Origin: a virus
Taxonomy: Duplodnaviria > Caudoviricetes
Strand: one strand, 5' to 3'
IMG/VR virus record: IMGVR_UViG_3300035670_000226
Coordinates: 1-60,246 of that record
Length of the DNA: 60,246 nucleotides
The notes under the pieces were generated by a model. It was not told where the DNA came from and made no database searches. It saw only the letters and a list, made by a program, of their open reading frames with translations. Below, piece by piece: positions 18,321 to 24,884 of the stretch (positions are counted from its first letter, which is position 1; each line of letters opens with the position of its first letter). Made by a program: the position numbers and the translations under genes.

Positions 18321-18935
18321 ATGAAAAAGTTAGCTGTAATAACCGCTATGACACTGATGGTAACTACCTGCAGCGTTCCCGCTACAGGTGACCAGACGGA
18401 GTATGTAGCACATCCTGTGCCACAAAACGTTGGGTTGGTCGAATGGCTTACCGAACAAAAAGAGGCGCAAACCTTGCTGGAACAACAAGCTGAGGCAGCG
18501 GCCAAAAAAGAAGCCGCTGAACAAGCTCAGGAGCAGAAAGTGCTAGACAACACTGTAAAACTAAACGAAGTTGTAGCACGTGTAGTAGACCGAGTCGATA
18601 AAACTCGTTATGTGTTCTCTGGGTCCACACCTAAAGGCTGGGATTGTTCTGGCCTTGTTTTGTGGGCGTATGGAGAACTCGGCATTGAACTAGAGCACCG
18701 TGCCTCTAAACAGCAATACGCAGGCACTGAAGTAGACCACCCTAAACTAGGCGACATTGTGGTCTTTGTATATAACGGACGTAAATCGTCTTATCATGTA
18801 GGTATCTACCTGTATCCAGACACAATGATTCACGCTGGAGGAGACCAGGGAGATGCTACAGAGATTGTTTCCATTAGCAAGTTTGCAGGGAAACACTCAA
18901 CTGTTACATATCGTCGACTTGTAGAAACTCAATAA
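18321..18935 (+). CDS. Secreted NlpC/P60 peptidoglycan endopeptidase
   Basis: Signal-like N-terminus, coiled coil, YVFSG..PKGWDCSGL, HVGIY, MIHA. Confidence 0.9.
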   Translation: MKKLAVITAMTLMVTTCSVPATGDQTEYVAHPVPQNVGLVEWLTEQKEAQTLLEQQAEAAAKKEAAEQAQEQKVLDNTVKLNEVVARVVDRVDKTRYVFSGSTPKGWDCSGLVLWAYGELGIELEHRASKQQYAGTEVDHPKLGDIVVFVYNGRKSSYHVGIYLYPDTMIHAGGDQGDATEIVSISKFAGKHSTVTYRRLVETQ

Positions 18936-18944
18936 GAGATACAA

Positions 18945-18991
18945 TAAGAAAGCCCCCCACATTTCTTGGTTGTGTGGGGGGCTTTCTTTTT
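18945..18991. terminator. Bidirectional terminator between convergent genes
   Basis: aagaaagccccccaca / tgtggggggctttctt with flanking A/T tracts. Confidence 0.8.
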
Positions 18992-19100
18992 AAGCAGTGA
19001 CTAGACGCCGCTTAGCAGCATCAAACTTTTTCGGGCGCTTCTTAGACGCCTTACCATTGTTTCTCTTGTCATTGCGAACTCGTGCACCTTTAGCGGCCAT
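18990..19100 (-). CDS. Very basic 36-aa peptide (not in ORF track)
   Basis: TAATG coupling to upstream gene; MAAKGARVRNDKRNNGKASKKRPKKFDAAKRRLVTA. Confidence 0.55.
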   Translation of the reverse strand: MAAKGARVRNDKRNNGKASKKRPKKFDAAKRRLVTA

Positions 19101-19270
19101 TATCTATCCTTACCCCATCCTGAGCCTTTGAACGTGACCGCTCCTACTCCAAACTTCTTCTGTCTAGGTTTATAGCAATCAGCACAAAGAATAGTAGGTG
19201 ATGCGGTAATTGGGTGAGAAATCTCTACAACTGTACTGCAATGAGCGCAGTAGTACTCATAAGTGGCCAC
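19100..19270 (-). CDS. FmdB-family zinc-ribbon protein
   Basis: TYEYYCAHC...CADC...FKGSGW; GTG start with AAGGAGA SD. Confidence 0.85.
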   Translation of the reverse strand: MATYEYYCAHCSTVVEISHPITASPTILCADCYKPRQKKFGVGAVTFKGSGWGKDR

Positions 19271-19286
19271 ATTTCTCCTTTGCACG

Positions 19287-19366
19287 TGGACTGGGTGGGA
19301 GTCGAACCCACGTTTCTGGAGGAGAGAAAGGAATTAAGCCCCTGCCAGACTTACCAACGCCAGCCC
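19287..19366 (-). ncRNA. Minimal tmRNA-like tRNA mimic (tRNA-like domain only, Ala identity)
   Basis: GGGCTGG/CCAGTCC-A acceptor (G3.U70, A73); stemless D-loop with GG; TCTGG/CCAGA helix; AAC linker; GTGGG-TTCGACT-CCCAC T-arm. Confidence 0.7.
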
Positions 19367-19369
19367 TAA

Positions 19370-19460
19370 GAACAGTGGTGGGGACAAGACCCAGAAGACG
19401 TAATTGAAGGTTTTGTTAGATTAATAGGTGATTAATAAAACCTTGTCCCTACCACTGTTC
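19370..19460 (-). other. Long hairpin (19-bp closing stem) abutting the tRNA mimic
   Basis: gaacagtggtggggacaag / cttgtccctaccactgttc, one mismatch. Confidence 0.65.
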
Positions 19461-19481
19461 AGTTTTGAATAGAAAAGGTTA

Positions 19482-19712
19482 CTACTCCTCAGTTAGAGGT
19501 TCAGCAACAGGTTCAGTATACCGAATTGTGTCAAGGTATGCACTAATTGAGTGGTATGTTGCATCAAAAAATGCACCAGTGTGTGCAAGCAGGTCGCACA
19601 CGTGGGTGTCAGGCTCACGACCATAAGACTGACTCAAATACTCTTCTAGTGCTGGTCCAAAAGTTTCTACAAACTGCTTTGGACTCATGTAGGGCGGATT
19701 AGTGAACGGCAT
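19482..19712 (-). CDS. Hypothetical protein
   Basis: Coupled to hsp20 stop. Confidence 0.6.
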   Translation of the reverse strand: MPFTNPPYMSPKQFVETFGPALEEYLSQSYGREPDTHVCDLLAHTGAFFDATYHSISAYLDTIRYTEPVAEPLTEE

Positions 19713-20236
19713 TAGTTAATCTCAATCTGCTTAGGCTTCTTCTCCTCAGGGAGCTCAAGCTCTAGCATAATGGTTAACAGACCATCTTCAAGCTTGGCGC
19801 TCTTTACCTCAATGTACTCTGCGATAGCAAAGGTAGTGGTGAAGTTGCGCTGAGCGATGCCGTGGTGAATGACTTCGCCGTACTTGCCCTCTTCAGGGAT
19901 GTCGTTGCGGTCTTCAATGTCTGACCGCACCGTGAGAACACGGTCCTTTACAAACACCTCGACCTCTTCCTTCTTGAAACCAGCAAGTGCCATGGTGATG
20001 GTGTAGTTGTCACCAGACTTGGTCAGGTTGTATGGAGGGAAGGAGGGTTTGTGTTGGGACAACTCCTTGAGGGTGCTGAACACAGAGTCGTAGCCAATAC
20101 CCCAACGGTCAATGTTAGGGAATAGAGTGTAAATGGTAGCAGGCTTCTGGTCGACCTTTGCTGGGGTCTTGTAAGGCTGCTTTGGTGGGTAGTGGTCGTG
20201 GTTATCCCACTGTTGGAATTCAGGATTTCTAGACAT
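19712..20236 (-). CDS. hsp20: Small heat-shock protein (Hsp20/IbpA-like)
   Basis: FPPYNL, ALAGF, HHGIAQRNF..TF, AKLEDGLLTI.L...PEEKKPKQIEI. Confidence 0.93.
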   Translation of the reverse strand: MSRNPEFQQWDNHDHYPPKQPYKTPAKVDQKPATIYTLFPNIDRWGIGYDSVFSTLKELSQHKPSFPPYNLTKSGDNYTITMALAGFKKEEVEVFVKDRVLTVRSDIEDRNDIPEEGKYGEVIHHGIAQRNFTTTFAIAEYIEVKSAKLEDGLLTIMLELELPEEKKPKQIEIN

Positions 20237-20322
20237 AGTATCTCCTTAGACGATACGTGCCTCAAGCATCCCTGCCCGAAGCACAGGTTGTGTATGAACA
20301 CCCAGTTAGCGTGTTCGATAAA

Positions 20323-20371
20323 ATTCTAGCACTAAATCTATATTTGTAGCAGTGTAGTGATACAAATATAG
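20323..20371 (-). promoter_or_regulatory. hsp20 promoter (TGC-TAGAAT) with an 11-bp inverted repeat over the -35 region
   Basis: ctatatttgta-N12-tacaaatatag at 20338-20371. Confidence 0.5.
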
Positions 20372-20407
20372 TTTTCAATAAATAAAGGTTATTGTCTGTT
20401 TAATGAA

Positions 20408-20732
20408 AATGGGGCCAGACCTGCCGCAGCAGTGGGTCTGGCCCCCAGCCGTTAGGTCTTGCGGTTACTCGGATTTCTCTCTGCATAGCCGTAAACGGGT
20501 TTGTTACTGTAGCAAACCGAGTGGACTAAGTGTGTAGTTTCCCACACGCCGTGTTCGGCCTTGCCGTGGGCAGTCAGGCGACGAAACCTGAATTACGCCC
20601 TCGTCTAGGCCTGCCCTATTCCGATACGCACCTCGGAAAAACAGTGTCAGGTTATCTGCAGTTCGCCTGAACGGATATGTGACCTACACCGAAAGGGGGA
20701 AGGGTGTTATCAGGGATAACCCCGTCGTTCAT
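20408..20732 (-). ncRNA. Putative ~310-nt structured non-coding RNA
   Basis: No ORF in track; TATACT -10 at about 20738-20743; at least 7 helices; GC-rich terminal hairpin plus ATTTT. Confidence 0.65.
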
Positions 20733-20744
20733 ACTTAAGTATAG

Positions 20745-21086
20745 CTAATTATCCTTAAGTAAGTACGCCACTAAATCAGGGTTGTCTCGCAGAACCATCA
20801 GCAAAGAGTTTTCCCAAATACCAATAAAGTGATGTTCCCAGTCTTCAAAGCTTGCTGACTTATTGGGTTTCGTTTGATTTTCAAATACCATGCGAGCTGC
20901 ATGCATAAGTTCGTGCAGAAGTGTCACGGTCTTTTTGCTGGGGTGAATGTCTTTGTCAATTACAATAGTGTTGTGTGTATCCAATGTATAGCCATAGCTA
21001 CCATCGTTTAGCATGCCGTCTTCTTTTTGGGAGCGCTCAACTACATCAAAAACTTGAGTACCAACTTTGATGCGTTTGGGAAGCAT
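20745..21086 (-). CDS. HExxH zinc metallopeptidase-like protein
   Basis: TLLHELMHA. Confidence 0.75.
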   Translation of the reverse strand: MLPKRIKVGTQVFDVVERSQKEDGMLNDGSYGYTLDTHNTIVIDKDIHPSKKTVTLLHELMHAARMVFENQTKPNKSASFEDWEHHFIGIWENSLLMVLRDNPDLVAYLLKDN

Positions 21087-21094
21087 CGCTCTCC

Positions 21095-21247
21095 TTAGTT
21101 AAAAGTGCTACTACTGTGGTTTGGCATGTTATCCCTACCGCAGTGCTTACAAGTGAGCTTCTTGACTCCTGTAACGGGGCAGGCAGGGCCTACCTCAATA
21201 TTATGGCCTCTGAATAGGCAGACGAGGGCTTTAAGCCAGTTTTTCAT
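21095..21247 (-). CDS. Small zinc-binding protein
   Basis: CLFRGH...CKHCG; start at MKNWL. Confidence 0.55.
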   Translation of the reverse strand: MKNWLKALVCLFRGHNIEVGPACPVTGVKKLTCKHCGRDNMPNHSSSTFN

Positions 21248-21376
21248 TATGGCACCTACAGCTACACAGAGCTGTGTTCCCTTCTCCTGGGCAGTTATCA
21301 TGGTCGTTAGTGCTGCACCAACCAAACATTCCCATCACCTTTACTCCCGACCATTCGTTAGAGGTTGCCTTCTTAG

Positions 21377-21814
21377 TCATGATAGCTTCACACTAAATAG
21401 CCTGCATTTATCTACAGGGATTTCAATAAACTTCTCGCCCTCGGTATAGATGGTGTCTTTGACCACTACCTCAGCTGCTGCTAGGTCTACTCCCTTAGAG
21501 ATGAGCATATGGGTGCGCTCGGAGTTAAACGTCACAAAGCTAACCGACTTGGGGTTTTTTAAGAACTTCTGCTTTCGATTGCTGTAGTGCAAGGAGTCAA
21601 AGGGGAACTTTGCGCCCTTCCAGTTGTGTTTGACTTCCACTTCCCAAGCATGCTCAATCCCCGCCTTGTTTTTAGACAGGACGTCGATACCGTATTGGTC
21701 AGGGTTCACCCAGGCTTCAATCTCCTGAGATGTCAACCACTTAATGAAGATGTCTTTGGCACTGTCGTTTGTATCATACAAAGATGTGCTGAAAGGTTTG
21801 CGTACGTCAGGCAT
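21377..21814 (-). CDS. PD-(D/E)XK-type nuclease
   Basis: YGIDVL...WEVEVK; TGC-TATAGT -10 immediately upstream. Confidence 0.65.
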   Translation of the reverse strand: MPDVRKPFSTSLYDTNDSAKDIFIKWLTSQEIEAWVNPDQYGIDVLSKNKAGIEHAWEVEVKHNWKGAKFPFDSLHYSNRKQKFLKNPKSVSFVTFNSERTHMLISKGVDLAAAEVVVKDTIYTEGEKFIEIPVDKCRLFSVKLS

Positions 21815-21832
21815 AGCCTCACTATAGCAGAT

Positions 21833-22075
21833 TTAGTGGTTTAGGTAATAATCTGAGGGTTTTTGGGGAATGTCGAACAAAGTAGTCTGTTGCCACTCTT
21901 CGGCTGGAGACGACACTGGGTCTGGCTGCTTAGGCTCAGGTATCTGAACCGTCTGTGCAGTGCGCTCCCGCTTACCGCTGAAAGGCCATTGCCCGTGATT
22001 CTCGAAGTAGGTCTTGCGCCACCAATGTGCCTGCCTAGGATTAGCTGGCTCTTTACCACACAACCTATCGCACAT
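21833..22075 (-). CDS. Hypothetical protein
   Basis: AAGGAAG upstream; no recognisable motif. Confidence 0.45.
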   Translation of the reverse strand: MCDRLCGKEPANPRQAHWWRKTYFENHGQWPFSGKRERTAQTVQIPEPKQPDPVSSPAEEWQQTTLFDIPQKPSDYYLNH

Positions 22076-22145
22076 GGTTACTCTTCCTTATGTTTGGACT
22101 CGCATTCCCTTGCCAAAGACTCAACGGGATATGATTTTTTACAAA

Positions 22146-22214
22146 TTGCACAACGTCCACTATTCATTTTGCACAACGTCCACTATTCATTTTGCACAAC
22201 GTCCACTATTCATT
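22146..22214. repeat. Three perfect 23-bp tandem repeats
   Basis: ttgcacaacgtccactattcatt x3. Confidence 0.95.
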
Positions 22215-22410
22215 TGAGACCATTTTCCCACTCTTAGGGCAAAAACGCATCTTATCTCTAAATTTTACGTTATCAACTCAAAAATTGACGTGCCAGGGCC
22301 CCCACAGGCGGCTTATCAGCACACAGGCTGGGTGATTACATCAAACTAGGGTGTAATGCCGTCAGAATCGACTACAAGGCTGTTCTGAGGCTATTCTTAA
22401 AACGCCCCTG

Positions 22411-22767
22411 CTATTTTAGCCCGTTGTGGGCATCTGGGTCCCACGGGTCAGTAATATCGGCAGGACTACCATCATTATCTCGGATATATCGGTATCCGAG
22501 GTTCTCGCCGCCCTTAAATTGTTCTGGGGATAGCGCTCGGTGACGTCCTTGGGGGTCTGGGTGACCTTCGAATAGGGGAATATCTCCAGGATACTTCAGC
22601 AGGTGGTCTGCACCAGCCATAACTTGGTGAAAACTAGGAAGGGTCTTTTGACCACCTTCAGGATTCCCCTGTAAAAACGTACGTGCTGCCTTAGCTGCTC
22701 GGTAGCCAAATAGGTATCCCTCTACACCATCAGTTATCTTTGGTGGAATTGCTTCGTGTCTTCCCAT
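22411..22767 (-). CDS. Hypothetical protein (HRALSPEQFK motif)
   Basis: ORF track; motif shared with neighbours. Confidence 0.55.
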   Translation of the reverse strand: MGRHEAIPPKITDGVEGYLFGYRAAKAARTFLQGNPEGGQKTLPSFHQVMAGADHLLKYPGDIPLFEGHPDPQGRHRALSPEQFKGGENLGYRYIRDNDGSPADITDPWDPDAHNGLK

Positions 22768-22832
22768 ACCTGTTCTTCCAAACCGAACTAATTTTTTTCC
22801 GCCCTCGGATTTTTATCCTTAAAGCGCCCCTG

Positions 22833-23054
22833 TTACCTTGCTACGCCGAACATCTCGGGGTCGAAGTCGTTACGCTTCTTCGTTGGAGTGCCCGTTGGGT
22901 AAGTCTGAGCAAACTGTCTGTCGTCAAGATTGCAGTTACGGCCTCGGTGGGTGACCAATCGGTACCTGAGTTCGTCTGCCATGTGTGGGGTTCCGCCCAT
23001 TAGGTCATGAATGTGCTTGGGCTGGTAAGCCGCTTCGACAAAGTGGTCAGACAT
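22833..23054 (-). CDS. Hypothetical protein (NLDDRQF motif)
   Basis: Abuts upstream stop. Confidence 0.55.
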   Translation of the reverse strand: MSDHFVEAAYQPKHIHDLMGGTPHMADELRYRLVTHRGRNCNLDDRQFAQTYPTGTPTKKRNDFDPEMFGVAR

Positions 23055-23309
23055 TTACTTGAACTGAGTCTTGTTTAGGGCGTGGTGCTTGCCAGCTTCG
23101 TATCCAGTCTGGCCAGTTAGACCTAGAGCGCCGCCAACAGCACTAGCAGTTCCAGAATCTGGCAGGTTTGCACTCATAGATGCTCGTAGGGCATCTGGCA
23201 TACCTGGGTCAATGAACGCACCCTTGCTCGCTAGATAGCCAAGTCCTGCACCGATAGCGGTTACAGTTGCGACTCTACGTACAGACTGAGGGACTTTAGG
23301 TAGTTTCAT
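23055..23309 (-). CDS. Hypothetical protein with Gly-zipper-like segments (HHALNKTQFK end)
   Basis: ORF track; putative late promoter directly upstream. Confidence 0.6.
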   Translation of the reverse strand: MKLPKVPQSVRRVATVTAIGAGLGYLASKGAFIDPGMPDALRASMSANLPDSGTASAVGGALGLTGQTGYEAGKHHALNKTQFK

Positions 23310-23315
23310 GACTCC

Positions 23316-23351
23316 AGTGTGCCAGAGTGTGGGGGCGTTTTAGGGCTAAAT
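23316..23351 (-). promoter_or_regulatory. Putative late promoter ATTTAG-N24-CACACT
   Basis: Fixed-spacing motif. Confidence 0.55.
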
Positions 23352-23900
23352 TGCAGATTTTAGGTATTCAAAGCACATTAGATGACGAGCGGAGTCCCAA
23401 CCTGCATCGTGTGGCTTATAGGTGTCCATGTTAATCCTGGCGTACTCCAAGGACATTTCTTTCCAAGTCTTCATGGAGTGCCCGTTTTTTCCATCCAACA
23501 GCCACAGCATCCCGTTTAGCTCGGCAGTTTGTCTACTAAAAAGGGAGTAAGTCTTAGGCAGAGTCACTCTAACGAAGGGCATATCGAAGCCAGTGATGTT
23601 AAATCCGACTGGAACGGTCTTTAGGCGCTTTTTTGGGTTAGCCCCGTGGCTGATTAGCCACTCATACAGCAGTTCATCGACCTCTTCGGGGTGTTTTCCG
23701 TTAAGCCTGAGCTGTTCTTGGGTGATTTTGTGCACTTCGGCAGCCCTATCCTCCCAGTACATGTCCGCAGGAGGGCGCAGGTAGTAGGAGACAGTCTCAA
23801 TACCAAGGGGCGTAGAGACAGATAGGCCAATCTGGATGAGCTTTCCACCCCTTTCCATGTCAGGGCAGCTCATCTCGCCGTCAATACCTACAAATAGCAC
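23346..23900 (-). CDS. DEDDh 3'-5' exonuclease
   Basis: GIDGE, GFNITGFD, HDAGWD; TGC-TATGCT -10 just upstream. Confidence 0.85.
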   Translation of the reverse strand: MLFVGIDGEMSCPDMERGGKLIQIGLSVSTPLGIETVSYYLRPPADMYWEDRAAEVHKITQEQLRLNGKHPEEVDELLYEWLISHGANPKKRLKTVPVGFNITGFDMPFVRVTLPKTYSLFSRQTAELNGMLWLLDGKNGHSMKTWKEMSLEYARINMDTYKPHDAGWDSARHLMCFEYLKSAI

Positions 23901-24137
23901 CCGAAAAGCATAGCAGGCGGGGGCGTTTTAGTGCGAACGTACTGATTTCGCATGTTTAAGGGGGGTCAAACCGATGCTTTTCGTACCTTTTGGCTACTGC
24001 CTCGACTGAAATAGCATCAACCGTGTGTGAGGCCTGGGGGTCTATTGTTACATTTTGCGGTAATTGTTACTTGTTTGTGATGTTATCAGTTTGTTACATT
24101 GTGGGCGGTTTTCGTTATTTTTCCGTTATCTGGCGGT

Positions 24138-24148
24138 GTGGCATAATT
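24138..24148 (+). promoter_or_regulatory. Candidate early promoter -10 (TGG-CATAAT)
   Basis: Located at the divergence point upstream of the plus-strand block. Confidence 0.45.
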
Positions 24149-24266
24149 TGACTATGAAGAACTGCCACCGCTACGGCTACGGCTACTAGCGGGTCGCACA
24201 CTACACTTCCAAGGTGTCCGTTATCCGTTCGTTACTTGTAGGTAACGAATAGATAACAATTGGTTG

Positions 24267-24321
24267 GTCGCTAGGTATGGTTACGCCTATTGGTTGCGGG
24301 TTCAATTCTCGCACTAGCGAC
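24267..24321 (+). ncRNA. tRNA-like T-arm element in the early leader
   Basis: GTCGCTAG/CTAGCGAC stem plus GCGGG-TTCAATT-CTCGC T-arm; no anticodon arm. Confidence 0.45.
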
Positions 24322-24371
24322 GGTTACCATTCGGTAACTATCCAACGGCGTATTATCACGAAAGGATAACA

Positions 24372-24815
24372 ATGCCATCAGCAACCAAGTCCCGTACTAC
24401 GGGCACCGCTTCACCAGAAACATCCGTACGCAGACCCGTCACCGTCAAGTTGGGTAAGTCCACTGACACGGTACAGGTATTCGACACTGGCGTTCGCCTA
24501 GACACCTCTATGTATGCGGTTCACCAAATCATAGAAGCCCTTAGGAACGAAGCCAGTTCCTGGTATGTAGTAGAAGACACCCCTGCCAACCGTAAGGTCT
24601 TGGCTAAGAAAGACGCTAACCGCAAGGCTAAGGGTAAGTCTCCACGCCCTCGTATCATCGAAGGTGGCTACATCCTTCTAGGTGGTAAAGCAAGACACCA
24701 CCGTGAGCAGGGTACCTCAGTTCCTAACCTAGTACGCACTTACTTGGGCTTCAAGCAAGAGCAGAAGCGTTGGGAAGCCGCTGCTCAAGCACACCGAGAC
24801 GCACTACACGACTAG
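24372..24815 (+). CDS. Basic hypothetical early protein
   Basis: GAAAGGA SD; first gene of the plus-strand block. Confidence 0.7.
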   Translation: MPSATKSRTTGTASPETSVRRPVTVKLGKSTDTVQVFDTGVRLDTSMYAVHQIIEALRNEASSWYVVEDTPANRKVLAKKDANRKAKGKSPRPRIIEGGYILLGGKARHHREQGTSVPNLVRTYLGFKQEQKRWEAAAQAHRDALHD

Positions 24816-24849
24816 GTTTACCAACCGCCTAGCATCACCGCAAGCCATT

Positions 24850-24884
24850 AGCCCGCCTATAAAGCCATTATGGGCGGGCTTTTG
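24850..24884 (+). terminator. Intrinsic terminator
   Basis: agcccgcctata / tatgggcgggct followed by TTTT. Confidence 0.7.

Noticed and set aside
19287-19366. Canonical tRNA gene or full-length/permuted tmRNA
   Set aside because: No D-stem or 7-nt anticodon loop; no tag ORF or pseudoknots; 5' and 3' halves are in normal order
20326-20352. CIRCE operator upstream of hsp20
   Set aside because: Only a half-site (CTAGCACT); the second arm is absent at 9-nt spacing
20408-20732. Firm call as RNase P RNA, Ms1 or group I intron
   Set aside because: Only short scattered resemblances; signature elements not found co-linearly, and it does not interrupt a gene
22146-22214. CRISPR array
   Set aside because: Repeats are directly abutting with no spacers; no cas operon
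21863-22237. Plus-strand ORFs crossing the 23-bp repeats
   Set aside because: No SD, opposite to local gene orientation, product merely reflects the repeat
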